DNA of 63,397 nt, counting the filler, from Octopus bimaculoides (Eukaryota), in the NCBI RefSeq assembly GCF_001194135.2. It is 8 parts of 8 records of this genome, joined end to end, with 100 filler letters (N's around TTAATTAATTAA, not from the genome) between each part and the next. Parts side by side here need not be neighbours in the genome. Positions count along the whole stretch, not along the records: positions 39,468 to 54,864 come from NC_068988.1; positions 54,965 to 57,360 come from NC_068992.1; positions 57,461 to 63,397 come from NC_069006.1; 5 more parts are not named here. One strand, 5' to 3'. Numbering within the stretch: the first letter of the stretch is position 1; every line of letters begins with the position of its first letter. Positions 48,804 to 62,682 of this stretch are shown here, one piece after another. The notes under the pieces were generated by a model. The model was not told the origin of the DNA. It saw only the letters and a list, made by a program, of their open reading frames with translations, and ran no database searches. The translations under genes were made by a program, and so were the position numbers.

Positions 48804-51371
48804 TGTGTATGTGTGTGTGTGTGTATGTGTGAGCGTGTGCATGCCTATTAGTTGTTTTCGATTCCATACCAATACACATTTACGTACTCACACACGTACA
48901 CCAATACCGCTATAAATCTGCATATATNNNNNNNNNNNNNNNNNNNNNNNNNNNNNNNNNNNNNNNNNNNNNNNNNNNNNNNNNNNNNNNNNNNNNNNNN
49001 NNNNNNNNNNNNNNNNNNNNNNNNNNNNNNNNNNNNNNNNNNNNNNNNNNNNNNNNNNNNNNNNNNNNNNNNNNNNNNNNNNNNNNNNNNNNNNNNNNNN
49101 NNNNNNNNNNNNNNNNNNNNNNNNNNNNNNNNNNNNNNNNNNNNNNNNNNNNNNNNNNNNNNNNNNNNNNNNNNNNNNNNNNNNNNNNNNNNNNNNNNNN
49201 NNNNNNNNNNNNNNNNNNNNNNNNNNNNNNNNNNNNNNNNNNNNNNNNNNNNNNNNNTATATATGCGTGTATATGTGCGTTTATGCGCGTATAGTATGTA
49301 TTTTTTAAAAAATAGTTTACACTGTGTAATGATATGCAAAGTACCGCAATGCTTGCGATCAGTAGACAGATTGTTACGTAGTTACACTACGTTGGCAGTT
49401 GGTATTTTTACGTCCCGGATGTTTGCCTCATTTCTGCAATCATTACATTTGTAAGACTAATGGAAAAACTGTCAACGAACGGCCATGTCACTTCATATTT
49501 GCTGTAATAGCCATCATAATTTCTAGCATTTATTATCACAACTTCCCGCCTCACCTCTCAGTTTCACTAGCTGCTAATTGATGATAGTCAAAGCATCACT
49601 ACAGTGCCATTAGTCGCCCGTCTTTCTGTAGTATTCTTAACAATTTGGTTTGACCGCTCGTTGTCCGTGCAAAACGAAAGTGCTTTTGTTCGGTGTAAAG
49701 GGCCAATGATGGTGGTGATGTAATTGCTCTTAATTTGTTGTAGATGTTGCTTTTGTTGTTGTGGTTATTGTTGTTGCTAGTGTTGTTTTTAGTGTTGTTG
49801 CGGAGGAAGTTGTTGTTGTTGTTAATGATAGGTGTCTTCTTCGTTGAAGGAGTGATAATGAAAGATGATAAAAATGATGGTAGAGTAACATAGTCGCGGT
49901 AGGGAGAGGCACAGAAGTAATAGAGCAGTCCTAAAGTTGCTCAGTTATTGCTTTTGTGCTATCTGTTGTTGTCGTTAACCATAGTTGTCTTTGATGAAGG
50001 GGAGTTAATGGTAGTGTATATGGTGACGTGGAGGAGGTAATGAAACAGTGTATTAACAGCATAGAACTGATATTGCAGTCTGTTTTGTAGTAGTGGCTGT
50101 TGTTGTTATTGCAGAAAGGGAATGATGAAAGATGTTGGAAATTAGGGCAGAATCACAAAAAACGTGTGTTTGATGCAGAGTAGTCAGTAATACGTAGTTT
50201 TGTTGATATTGTTTAACCCAAATCATCTGTTCACAACTAAGAAGAGAATTGTAATCAAAGACATCCCAGCTATGATCATCCAGTCTGATTAGGAGTGTGT
50301 AAGACTACTTTATAAAACGTGTCCTTTTCACTCACCAGGATACGCTATTTGACTGTTATTTCTAACATGTAAAATAACCACGTATAAGCCTTCATAACTG
50401 ATTGGTTGTTGTTATTTCTGTTGTTTCTGTAATGGTAATATTAATCTGTTGTTTTAGTAGCTGCTGGTCTGATGTTATTGGTGCATGCCGTTGTCATAAA
50501 ACTATTGGCGGAAACACGAAATTTCTACGTTTTATAAATGCTTCGATTTATATTTTGATATATACATATTTAAAACAGTGCTTGAAATAATAAATATTAT
50601 CAAACGCAGGATAATGCTAATAATATTGCCTGAACAGGATAAACTACCCCCATTTTGCAGTAAAAAGTGTAGCCTACACTTTTTTATGCAAAATAAGGGT
50701 AGATACACAAAATATAAATACATATATACAAGTAAACAGAGAGAAAACAGACTGAAAATATTCAGGCGATGAAAATTCATGCATAAATATCTGGATATTT
50801 ATATAACAACAGAGTAAACTTACACAGAATACAAAGACTCCGAAAATTAAGGGGAGAACATATGTTAGTACAGGTCCGACACCTGTTTCTGGGGGTTCGG
50901 AATTATTTCATTAGTCTAGCAGATGTAGTTCGCAAAAAGTCAAAGATAATCAACCATTACTGTTAGCATGAAAATGTTAGGTAGATCCGGAAATAAGTAT
51001 CTAACATTTTCAGTCATAAAGCAGGGAAATTTAAAGGTAGAGTAGGTGGAGAATAAGGTAAACAGAAGTAACTAGAGAGAGGAAGTAAGTAGTTCAATAG
51101 GGGGTATGAGAAGATTTGAAGCAAGGAAGGGCAAGAAGAGATTGGAGAGTGGATGAGGAAGAGGGAGGGATGAGTTATCAGCTTATTGAGAGCAGAAGTG
51201 GAGAGCTGGGAGATAAGTACGAGGAGTGGGATGGAGAGTATTGTGAAGGGTGGTCGTTGTTGTTGCGGTTGACAATATATGTTGTTAAGGTTGGTGGGGC
51301 TATAGGACTGAGAAAGGGAAATAAGATTAGCGAGTGAAGGGAAGGGTAAGTATTAAAGGAAGGGGAAGGAT

Positions 51372-51800
51372 CTAGTTATAGATGATAGCGGAGTGGTGAA
51401 CCCTGAAATTCCAAGAATGAATACTATATCCTGTTCCATTATCTATGAGACTCCCCCGTAAAACATTAATGGACCAGGTTTGGGTATTGGGAATACTGTA
51501 GGACCTGAGGTTATGTGTGTGAATTGCTAAAGGTGTAGGTAATATAGAAGTTCGATTGGAGAAAGAGTTCATATGTGCTCGGTAGCGCTGCTTGAAATGA
51601 CCAGTGCAGCCAATGTAGACCTTAGCCTGGTGCGAGAGTGGTGTACGAGGGCAGAGAGGAGACACCTGATAGTTTCAGGCTTCCTGCCTCTACTGAGGTT
51701 GGAATTGATCCCTAGAAAACGCTGTTTCGTATGGTCAGTTACCACCAAAGAGGAACGGGAGGTATTACCGTACTGGTGTCCGATTGAGAGGGAGTATCAC
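51372..51800 (-). pseudogene. Penelope-like element GIY-YIG endonuclease remnant
   Basis: KVYIGCTGHFKQRYRAHMNSFSNR...TPLAIH...WSI matches the PLE YIG-T...FK-RY--H--SF pattern. Upstream LFGGN*P resembles a decayed CPL-GNC. A pyrimidine-rich 3' tract follows at 51050-51370. Confidence 0.75.
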
Positions 51801-52166
51801 CGCTGCTATATGTGATGTAAATGTGTATGTGTGTGAGTGTCTTTCTCTCTGAAATACAAACATATTTAATATGTATGTATGTATCATGTGTGTATGTGCG
51901 TGTGTGTGTGTGTATGTATATATACATATATATATGTAATATATGTATCTAACGATATATGTGTGTGTGTTTGTGTGTGTACACGTATGTACGTACGTAT
52001 AGATACGCGCCCGAATGTATATAGTTTATCGTATGTGACAAAAAAAAAAATGATTCTAATGTCAAAAAGTTAATGGTCCATCGTTGTAGAAGATTGTTTT
52101 CGGAAATCAAATATTTTAGTTTGAAACGCAAAAATCAAATACTCTTACACACACACACACACACGC

Positions 52167-52199
<33 letters not shown>

Positions 52200-52499
52200 N
52201 NNNNNNNNNACATACACACACAGAAACCCACGAATGCATATGCTTACATACACATACACACGTGCACGCACACACTTACACACACATACACGCACACACA
52301 CACACATACATATACTCTGATTGAAAATTCAGAGGTCATTTTTATTAAAGATATCAGAACCTCGTATTTTTCCTGCATTGATCGTCTCATCTGTCTAGCC
52401 GCTGCTGCTGTTGCTGCTGCCACTCCAACTCATACTATTACTGCTGTAACCTGTTTTGCGGCTGTGTCAAATTATAATAGTAACCATTAGTAATAATTC

Positions 52500-52697
52500 C
52501 AAATTTTGGTACAAAGCCAGCAATTTTGGGAGAGGAGGTAAGTCAATTAAATCGGCTGAAGTGCTGCACTAATACTTGCTTTATTGACCCCGAATTGATG
52601 AAAGCAAAGTCATCTTCGATTAAATTTGCACATAGAAAGAAATGACTGACGAAATTTTGTCCGGCGTAATAACGATCCTACCAGCACACCGTCTTAA
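52500..52697 (-). mobile_element. Diverged SINE family M
   Basis: Homology to 12745-12970. Confidence 0.6.
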
Positions 52698-53254
52698 TGA
52701 CCGTAATGAATTCTTAGCGGCTATGAACGACTACTTGCTATACGTAGCTGATGTCGCGCAATGACGCAGAAATACATGCGTCCTACGGTCCGATGACGTG
52801 TTTCATAGCCCAATGACGACGACGATGATGATAAAGGGGAAGAAGATGATGATATATTCCTAAACCAAAACAATGTCTCAAAGAAATGATTGATACTCCA
52901 AAGTACGTGATGCACCAGATGGCTGACGTTACATAAAACGTGTATGAAAAGTAGAGGAAAAGCAAATAACAGCAAAATCACAACACATAAGATTCCGGAA
53001 TTTGGTGGCAGCTGCATTGACCAGTTAAGTAAACGTCATAAATCACTTTGAATGATCCTGGAAGCTAACGAAAACTCTCCTCTCAGATCAATCATTCTCC
53101 GTTCTACAAGTCTTTTTTTCAGAGTAGGTTGTACTCTGCCCAATACTTTCATCAATGTAGCATTTAAAGCATCCCTCTTCACCAGGATTTTTAGTAGTTA
53201 CAATGACGATGAGGGAAGGGCTAAATTATAACTAAATTAGACAAAAATAAAGCG

Positions 53255-53416
53255 GAAAGGTGTGCATGTAAGGTAAGAAGTTTACTTTCCAACCACATAG
53301 TTTCAGTTTCAGACACAATGTGTAATAACCTGGAAAATTGTCTTCTATTCTATCCTCGGGCTGTAAAGACTTGTGAGTGGATTTGTAGACGGAACCTGGA
53401 AGATACCTGTGACACA

Positions 53417-53456
<40 letters not shown>

Positions 53457-53620
53457 CCTATATGTTTCTTTGTCCCCGTAACTAAGCGGTTCGGCAAAAG
53501 AAGACGATGGAATAAGTTCCAAGTTTTAAAAGAATGAGAACTGGGATCGATTCGTTCGACTACCTTTCTTCAAAGTGGTGCCCCAACATGACCGCAGTCT
53601 AATGATTGAAACCAGGAAAA
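53255..53620 (+). mobile_element. Diverged SINE family A, full length
   Basis: Homology to 20226-20625. Confidence 0.75.
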
Positions 53621-53945
53621 GAATAAGGGAAAACATACATCGAAAAACAACAGCATGGAAAGTGATGAAAGTTAATGTGTCAATAGGAAGCTAACCTTTG
53701 GGGTGAATTAGGGAACTTGATGAATTCATAATTTACGAGGCATCTACGAGCAGGTACAGTTTCATTAATGTGATGTCGGGTCAATAGGAACATACTGAAG
53801 GTAATCACATTCACTAACATGAAGTAAAATTGGTACGCTCACTTTCAGAAAAGGCAACTAACGAGGAAGCCTGTACGTGGTCACTCAAATTGCTAGAAAT
53901 AACAGCGAATCACTCTGGAAATATCATACGCTAACGTCTTAGAAC

Positions 53946-54335
53946 GTGGAGGCGCAATGGCCCAGTGGTTGGGGCAGCGGACTCGCGGTCATAGGATCAC
54001 GGTTTGAATTCCCAGACCGGGCGTTGTAAGTGTTTATTGAACGAAAACACCTAAAGCTCCACGAGGCACCGGCAGGGGATGGTGGCGAACCCTGCTGTAC
54101 TCTTTCACCACAACTTTCTCTCACTCTTACTTCCTGTTTCTGTTGTGCCTGTAATTCAAAGGGTCAGCCTTGTCACACTGTCTCACGCTGAATATCCCTG
54201 AGAACTACGTTAAGGGTACACGTATCTGTGAAGTGCTCAGCCACTTGCACGTTAATTTCACGAGTAGGCTGTTCTGTTGATCGGATCAACTGGAACCCTC
54301 GACGTCGTGAGCGACGGAGTGCCAACAATACCAAC
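53946..54335 (+). mobile_element. SINE family B, full length, tail type i
   Basis: Head GTGGAGGCGCAATGGCCCAGTGG through GACGGAGTGCCAACAA. Confidence 0.9.
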
Positions 54336-55002
54336 CGTCTTAGAAAAGTAAGTTTGCTCACGTGATGTTGGGTTTTCAGCACTTAGGAAAAGTTGAGCCG
54401 ATGACGGTTTAATTATGCTTCATCAAAATTCTGCACGATCGTAACTGACCTTGTCCACACAAGAACAGCTTTCAGAATATTTTTTCTCTATCTATCCTCA
54501 TCATTCTCTCCAAATGTTACTTCGTAAAAAGTGCTGATAACTTAGTCGAAAAGAAACACATCTGTCATAACTATTTTCAATGTCGTTCGCCACACAACCT
54601 CCTCTCTATATTAATATAAAAATGTTGTTTGGGTTTGAAAAACAAAAACCTATTTATTTTCTAAAACAATTTTCTTCAATGATGGACCATTAACTTTGGA
54701 CATTTGATCAATATACTATCACATAAACACAACTACATATATTCGAGCTTATTTACATACACATATACATGCAAACATAAACACATCCACATACATATAT
54801 CTTATCTTATATAAGTATGCATACGTATGAATAATATATATATATATATAATCATATATATATANNNNNNNNNNNNNNNNNNNNNNNNNNNNNNNNNNNN
54901 NNNNNNNNTTAATTAATTAANNNNNNNNNNNNNNNNNNNNNNNNNNNNNNNNNNNNNNNNNNNNATATATATATATATATATATATATAAATATATATCG
55001 TG

Positions 55003-55892
55003 TGACTGGCCCTTGTATCGGTGGCACCTAAAAACACCTACTACACTCTCGGAGTGGTTGGTATTAGGAAGGGCATCCAGCTGTAGAACTCTGCCAAATC
55101 AGATTGGAGCCTGGTGCAGCCTTCTGGCTTGCCAGTCCACAATCAAATAGTCCAACCCATGCTTGCATGGAAAGCAGACGTTAAACGATGATGATGTTGA
55201 TGATGATGATGATGATATTACAAGCTAATGAAGGAGCCTTTTTGTGATTGATTGATCTGCTAGAATTAACAACCAAATTTCCTTCAAATCATATCCTTCT
55301 GTCTTTGAAATCGAAGGACATATCTGATAATGTGGTTATAGATTGTGTTGGTCACAGTTGGAGCACCTTTAATAATAAGTATCCTGAATTAAAGACAGTT
55401 ATCCAGTAATAGTTATACCCCCCACCCCATAAACTTTGTTATATTCAAAGAAACATCTATGAATTCTTAAACATGGTATTGTCCAAGGAAGAAGAATTAT
55501 GATACCAGATGTTTTCTTTTGTTTGTTTTTTTAATATTCAACTTCGACAAGGCCATTTTTGCATTTTATACTTCCATGTTGATGAAATAAATACCAGTAA
55601 TAAACTGGTGTCAATTGAACCAAATGTTACCGTGCCAGTGGCACGTAAAAAGCACCGTCCGAATGTGGTCATTGCCAGTGCCACCTGACTGGCCCTTGTG
55701 CTGGTTGCACGTAAAAAGCACCCACTACACTCTCAGAGTGGTTGGTGTTAGGAAGGGCATCCAGCTGTAGAAACTTTGCCAGATCTGATTGGAGCCTGGT
55801 ACAGGCTTCTGGCTTCCCAGCCCCAGTCAAACCGTCCAGCCCATGCCAGCATGGAAAATGCACATTAAACAATGACGGTGATGAGGATGATG
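55003..55892 (+). mobile_element. Two copies of retroposon family D (55003-55215, 55632-55892) ending in (GAT)n
   Basis: GTGGCAC.TAAAA.CACC..CTACACTCTC.GAGTGGTTGGT.TTAGGAAGGGCATCCAGCTGTAGAA...CCATGC..GCATGGAAA, then ATGATG repeats. Confidence 0.8.
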
Positions 55893-55899
55893 AAATAGA

Positions 55900-56275
55900 T
55901 TGCTTTGTTTCAATTAATTTTGAAAATAATGAATAATTATTGGTAAAATATTTTTGTTATCAATCTTTTAGTTACCATATTTCTGCTGAAATACACTGCA
56001 TTTACCTCAATTAATTCTGGAAAAATTGAAGAATTTGGAAAAATAACTTTGTCATTATTAAGTTGATATTTGGAACATAAATTGACATGAAATTTTGATG
56101 GATAGTTTTCATTTAGATAATTTTGGTGCTTTGTTAGCATATCTCTGTTGAAATAAACTAATTTTGTTTCAATTAATTTTGAAAATAAAGAAATTATTAA
56201 AATAACTTTGTTATTAAGTCATTGTTTCAAACAAATTAACATGAAGTTTAGGTGGAAGGCTTTAAAGTTAGATCA
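55900..56275. repeat. Degenerate AT-rich tandem repeat; related piece at 2864-2990 in opposite orientation
   Basis: Recurrent TTTGTTTCAATTAATTTTGAAAATAA and AAATAACTTTGT.ATTA motifs. Confidence 0.55.
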
Positions 56276-56309
56276 AGAAATGGATATGTACACACACACA
56301 CACACTGAT

Positions 56310-56345
<36 letters not shown>

Positions 56346-56408
56346 TTCTTCTTCATCATCATCATTTATCTGCCATGTTCCATGCTGGTATGGGTTGGAC
56401 TATATATA

Positions 56409-56481
<73 letters not shown>

Positions 56482-56827
56482 TAAAATAAGGATTCAAATA
56501 GAATCAGGTACTTGAAAAGATATGCAACAGGTAGGGTTGGATAAACCTGTGATTCCGGCCTATGGTTGCTAAGTATCAAATAGGATATTCCAATTGTGTA
56601 CACAGAGAAAACCAGCCCTATGAGTATTTAACAGCTAGGTGCTGGTCCAAAGCACACGTTACGCTGAATTGTACATTTTTGGTATAGTCTAGGGTGTCCG
56701 ACAAGTCATAAATCCCCTTGGTTAGCATGGAAAGCGGACATTAAACGACGATGATGATGAGGAGGAATAATAACAGACAATGGATAATTATCAGCTCATT
56801 ACAGCTGATTCTTACGCATCTTTTTAA

Positions 56828-57063
56828 TGATATGTACAACGAGTTGTACAATTTAATTATTACATTTATTATTCAATTACATACAAAGAACGCACTCACC
56901 CAAAGTTCGTTATGAATAAACAAGAATCATGTCCGCCATATATATCAATGACCTTTTACTACCCCAGTCATTCAGAACAACAACAATGAAACAATGAACT
57001 CAGACGAACCACCGTGACACACGGAACGTCAGATGAATAACTTATCCAACAGTCCATATAACA
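56828..57063 (-). mobile_element. 3' LTR of a Gypsy element (~236 bp)
   Basis: Minus strand: polypurine tract GGGGAGG (57070-57064) directly before TGTTATA..., an AATAAA signal, and an ...ATATCA end. Confidence 0.6.
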
Positions 57064-57097
57064 CCTCCCCACTGAAATTGATGCTACACAAGAGGTA

Positions 57098-57360
57098 TCA
57101 ACAGCAAAGTCTCTCTTGGGTTTTACGGGTTCTCTTGGACCGTCTTGGGTTGTCTGGTCCATACTCTGGAACGGGTAACATGGTCTTGGGTCTGGTTTGT
57201 CTTTGAGTTAGTGGCACAGTTTCTGAGATCTCCATTTGGTGATCTGTTGCAAATTCAAATACAGTGTTTTCTGCATCACCAGGTTCATTGTCTTCCTCAG
57301 TTGTGTACCGTGGTCGCAGCTGTTCCCAGTGTCGTCTCCACATTGGGCCATGAGGTATGA
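57098..57360 (-). pseudogene. Gypsy pol C-terminus (post-integrase), cut by gap
   Basis: WRRHWEQLRPRY...PRRSKRTRK is typical of invertebrate Gypsy pol ends; PPT and LTR follow. Confidence 0.75.
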
Positions 57361-57460
57361 NNNNNNNNNNNNNNNNNNNNNNNNNNNNNNNNNNNNNNNN
57401 NNNNTTAATTAATTAANNNNNNNNNNNNNNNNNNNNNNNNNNNNNNNNNNNNNNNNNNNN

Positions 57461-57514
<54 letters not shown>

Positions 57515-57985
57515 AATGATTCAAAGAATTACGTGTGAGCAAGTTAAAGACTTACCAATGAATATACAAATATATAGATAAATAAATAATCCAGCAAGTA
57601 AATAAATAAGCATAGAAATAAAGAAAGAAATATAAAAAATACAATTATAAATAAAAAATACACTGAAACGTGTTTAGCAACACAAAGTGACGACAACACG
57701 TTGAGGTCCAGCATAGTTATTAATTACCAAATTATAATTAATCACAGCAAAGAAATTTTCGAATTAAAAGATTTTATTTATGAGAAATATGTGCTTTTGT
57801 TCTTATCAGAATTTTTTTTTTTTTTTTTTCTTGAGTAAAATAGATTTTCTTCAAAATTCTATTTTCGGATTACCTAGTCTTGTACTAAAATTGTTATTTT
57901 AACCTTTCAGAAATAATAAATAATATACAGACTAAAGATCAAACACAAAAACAAATTTCATACTGATATTTTAGGTTCATATTAC

Positions 57986-58043
<58 letters not shown>

Positions 58044-59089
58044 GTTGTTGTTGTTGTTTTTGTTGTTGTTGTTACTTCGAGCTATCTTTGGTAAATATTT
58101 TAAACAGCTTATAGAATTTTAATGCAAGATTGCCAATATTTATTTTATTCATCTCCTTTGTAAGGTTTCAAAGATAGAAAATATTAAAACAGAAGAAAAA
58201 AATAAGAAAGGAAGAAAAGCAAATATTCTAGAGGAAATAAAATAAAATAAAATAAGAATATTAAATGTAAAATAAAAATGAAAAATAAAAAGTAATAAAT
58301 GAATGACTAAATGATGACCAGACATTTAAAAAATAAAAATAAAAATGAAAATAAAATTTAAGATAAATAAGAATCTTTTGTTTATTGGTAATTATAAAAA
58401 GACGACAATAAAAGCAATCCTCAAGAAAATCAGGAATTTTTGTAATCGGTGTTTTTCCGACTAACCACCACCACCACCACCACCACTACCACGAGAAGCA
58501 NNNNNNNNNNNNNNNNNNNNNNNNNNNNNNNNNNNNNNNNNNNNNNNNNNNNNNNNNNNNNNNNNNNNNNNNNNNNNNNNNNNNNNNACCACCATCGGCA
58601 CTACCACCATCACCACCACCACCACAAGAACCACCATCACGTCCATCGCCACCACTAACATCACCACCAACAGCAACAACACCGACACTACCACAACACC
58701 ACCACAACCACCACCGTCACCACCACAACCACAACAATGCCAACACCACCACCACCACCACCACCATCACCACCACCTCAACAACCACCGCCACTACCCC
58801 ACCACAACCACTCACTGTCATTTCACGATCATAGAATTTAATCGCAAATAATACCCTGTTTATTTGTTTCAGTCGCTAATTTTATTTATCATTTCATGAA
58901 TAAATCTTTTATAACTTTTCATCGCTGCGTTGATACCTTCTTGACGAATTCACTTCCACTATCACCAAACAGATTCTCCTCACTATGTAACGATAACGTT
59001 TATCCGTCTACATATCGCTCCGTCTACATCATATCATACTGGAATATTTTCCTACGTTGCCATAAGTAATTATCATATTCTGTCTCTGA

Positions 59090-59256
59090 GGAGAAGCCAT
59101 ATCAGTGTGTTTAAAAAGCTTGCTTTCCAACCGTGTGCACCTACGTTCGATTCTACGGCGTTGCACCTTGGGTAAGTGTCTTTTACTACAGCCTCGGTCC
59201 GACCAAGACATTATGCATGGATGTGGTACAAAGGATCTTCGTCGAATGTAAACACA

Positions 59257-59289
<33 letters not shown>

Positions 59290-59555
59290 GTACACACACA
59301 CATATATATAGGAATGGTTGTGTGGAAAGTAGCTTGCTTACGAACCACATGGTTCCGGGTTCAGTCCCACTGCGTGGCACCTTGAGCAAGTGTCTTCTAC
59401 TATCGCCTCGGGCTGACCAAAGCCTTGTGAGTGGATTTGGTAGACGGAAACTGAAAGAAGCTCGTTGTACATATGTATATATATATGTGTGTGTGTGTGC
59501 GTGTATGTTTGTGTGTATCTGTGTTTGTCCCCCCACCGTCGCTTGACAACCAATG
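59090..59555 (+). mobile_element. Two tandem family-A SINE 5' portions (59090-59215 diverged, 59310-59555 well preserved)
   Basis: Homology to 20226-20460. Confidence 0.8.
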
Positions 59556-59604
59556 ATGCAATAACAAAGAAAGATATGACGTAAAAAGGAAATTCTTTAG
59601 TCTA

Positions 59605-59743
59605 CGGTCGTGGCCAAATGTTTGGTACGTTCTTTTAACAATTAAAATTGTTATGCCCAAGGACAATTCGATTCAAATATAACTTTGGCCAATTAAAATT
59701 AAAATTCTAGTTTTCAGACCTATGTTCGAAACTTTTGGCCAAG
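59605..59743. mobile_element. Tc1-type MITE
   Basis: TA|CGGTCGTGGCCAAATGTTTGG...CGAAACTTTTGGCCAAG|TA; a related terminal piece lies at 60035-60090. Confidence 0.55.
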
Positions 59744-59757
59744 TAATAATAAATGGG

Positions 59758-59994
59758 TCCTTTTAAAGCCTAACCAGGCTTATGGTCTCAGTTTCCCGGT
59801 TTCAATGGCGTATGTGTTCCCCAGCCGGGCGGGACGCCAGTCCATCGAAGCGTTACTCATTTTTGCCAGCTGAGTGGACTGGAGCAACGTGAAATGAAGT
59901 GTTTTGCTCAAGAACACAACGCGTCGCCCGGTCTAGGAATCGAAACCACAATCTTACGATCATGATGATGACACCCGCAGCCACGCGCCTCCAC
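59758..59994 (-). mobile_element. CORE-type SINE family C with tail type ii
   Basis: Family-B-like head, body GTGTTCTTGAGCAAAACACTTCATTTCACGTTGCTCCAGTCCACTCAGCTG, and tail GATGGACTGGCGTCCC...CTGGTTAGGCTTTAAAAGG. Confidence 0.8.
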
Positions 59995-60383
59995 AGGTAA
60001 TTAATATACTCCAAATTAGATAAAACTTGGGGCAATTAAAATAAAAATTCTAATTTTCAGACCTGTTCCAAAATATTGTCCACGCCTGTGTAATGTACAA
60101 CACCAATTCTTGTAAATATCACTACGTCGAGTCCTTTCTCAAAAACTGTCTGCCGTCTGGAACGCCGTCCAAGGTCATTCATGCAGCGATTGACGTACAT
60201 CTGTATCGCATATACCTGGGTGACAAAGTGACAAAACTGCCCCTTCTTCCGATTGATAGACAGACAGGAAGATAGATGTGTTATATAAGCGTAAATTATC
60301 ATTATTTCTAAAGGACAGAACGTTTATCGATCTATCTATCTATCTATCTATCTGTCTATTTTATCTATCTATATATATATCTA

Positions 60384-60414
<31 letters not shown>

Positions 60415-60569
60415 GTCTATCTGTCTGTCTGTCTGGCTGTCTGTCTATCTATCTTTCTTTCTAACTGTCTTTCTACCAATCGACCTGTCTATCTATGTAG
60501 CTATCGAGATGTATGTGTGTGACTGTGTGCATGTCCGTATGCGCTTTATGTGCATGCCTACTTTTATAT

Positions 60570-60632
<63 letters not shown>

Positions 60633-61077
60633 AACATACACACATAGAGACAGACAGACAGACAGAGAAAGAGACAGAGATGAATGCCATGACTCACTAC
60701 GCCATTTTCCTCACACAGTCTAACCCAGCTCTGCACGCAATGAATGTATTTGTGTGTTTCTGATATAAACAGCACCCATTCCAAAGAAAAGAAAAAGAAA
60801 AAAAGCGTCTGGGAGTGTCTCAACACCCACGCAACACAGCGCAGATCTCTCTGTTATTGGAATAGGCTGTGCATTAAGTAACAAACTCCGCATTCTTCCA
60901 ACGGAGATATTTTTATCTCTGGAATTTGAAATTAAACTGCAACTTACACAAGATTGTTATTTATTGTTGGTGTTTAAGTTTGTTTTTGGTTTCTTTTATA
61001 AAAGACTTCAAGTAAGAAGGTGTTAAGTTTACTGTATGTATGATTATCAACATTATACTGTACCGGGTATAAAAGGG

Positions 61078-61325
61078 AGAAGGCGCATGAGGTTGTGAGT
61101 TCGATTCCCGAACCGGGCTTGTGTGTTGCGTTCTTGAACAAGACACTTTCCCGTTGCTCCAGTTCACTCAGCGTGGAGAGGGAAGCCTGTTATGCATGGC
61201 CGACTGCTGGTCTTCCATAAACAACCTTGCCTGGGCTTGTGCCCCGAATAGGAACTTTCTAGATGCAAGTCCCCTCCCCCAAATTTGAAGTCTTGTACCT
61301 ATAACAAAAAGGATTATTATCATTA
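61078..61325 (+). mobile_element. CORE-type SINE family C with family-M-type tail
   Basis: Body as at 59860-59915; tail CCCCTCCCCCAAATTTGAAGTCTTGTACCTATAACAAAAAGGATTATT is homologous to the reverse complement of 12975-13030. Confidence 0.65.
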
Positions 61326-61843
61326 TTGTTGTTGCTGTTGAATATTCTCCTCTCCACAAACTTCAGGCCTTGTACCTCCACCAGAAACTCTTCTTCTTCT
61401 TCTTCTTCTTATTCTTATTATTATTATTAATATTATTGACGTGGGATCCACTGTGCGTTTGCTGTTGGCGGGTCTGTCGACAATTCCCTCCCCCCACACT
61501 GTAGTTTCAGGTCAGCCTTCCCGTGGAAGCATCATGATCACAACAGCAACCATCCAACTCTTTCTCTCTCGTTTATTCCGACATAACGTATCTACAGCTA
61601 ACTTATCTAATTTGTCTTCTACTCTTATTGAAAGTCGCTGTTGTTGTTACTGTTTCTGCTGTGGTTGTTATTGTATAAATCTATATCAGTCCTGATCAAA
61701 CAGGCTTCAGATCAAACACGTATCGGCGTTCAATAGCCAATCATTAATTCAGATTTAATCAATCTGGGGGTACATTATTTAACTTGTCCTTTCTTATCGT
61801 TGTTGAAGTCTTTGTCACCTCTGATCAATTAGACCCATGATCA

Positions 61844-62190
61844 AAAGCGTTCCAGCAATGACCATCCCATCTTTTATTCAGATATAATAATATTTACTAT
61901 ATCTAATGTATCCTTTCTTGGTGGACTTCAGCTACACGTCAAGTCTGAGCAAATAGACTCTTGTTGAACGACGTTTCAGTGATGCCCATCCTATCTTTTA
62001 TTCAGATATAATGTATCCAGAAGTGCAACATCAAAAGCATATTTTCTTTATTTTAACTACATGTCAGCTCTGAGCGAATAGACACATGCTCAAAGACGTT
62101 CCAGCGATGCCCATCCCATATTTTATTTAGATATAATGTATCTATAGAAGTACAACATCTAACGTATATTTTCTTCTTTGAGTTTAACCT
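61844..62190. repeat. Three degenerate tandem units, period ~124 bp
   Basis: CGTT.CAG..ATG.CCATCC.AT.TTTTATT.AGATATAAT near 61848, 61971 and 62097. Confidence 0.75.
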
Positions 62191-62470
62191 GGTCGAAGGG
62201 ATTTATGCTCAATCAGGAAAAAAACATTACTTCATTTGGCTGTGATATTTACCCCCTGGATGTGCTCAATTTATATTTGGTCATTCCAAGCATATAGTCT
62301 TGTAAACAGTGTTATTCGATCGAGGGTTCTTTTTTATCTGTGTACGTCTAAACACGAATACAAAGAAAAAAGTTTCATCTAAGTATTATCTTCCGTTCAA
62401 CTTCTACTTCCATTTCTTTCTCTTAACAGTTACAACAGCGTTGGCTCTTTACGTAATTTTCTCTAAACTA

Positions 62471-62682
62471 CAGGGTGTCCACAAAGTCTGGGTACATGGG
62501 GATTAACACATACTTTAAGAAATTATTATTTCTTATATTTAATTGTTTATGTTATGATTTTATTTACTCCATGTACCCACACGGGGATTAACACATACTT
62601 TAAGAAATTATTATTCCTTATATTTAATTGTTTATATTATGATTTTATTTACTCCATGTAGCCTGACTTTTTGGATACCCTG
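62471..62682. mobile_element. Tc1/mariner MITE with internal 85-bp tandem duplication
   Basis: TA|CAGGGTGTCCACAAAGTCTGGGTACATGG...CCATGTAGCCTGACTTTTTGGATACCCTG|TA; internal units start at 62498 and 62583. Confidence 0.85.

Noticed and set aside
49730-50480. Thr-rich mucin-like minus-strand ORFs and the donor at 50336
   Set aside because: Degenerate (AAC)n-derived low complexity with stops; the adjacent TTTGACTGTTATTTCT is a dispersed repeat piece.
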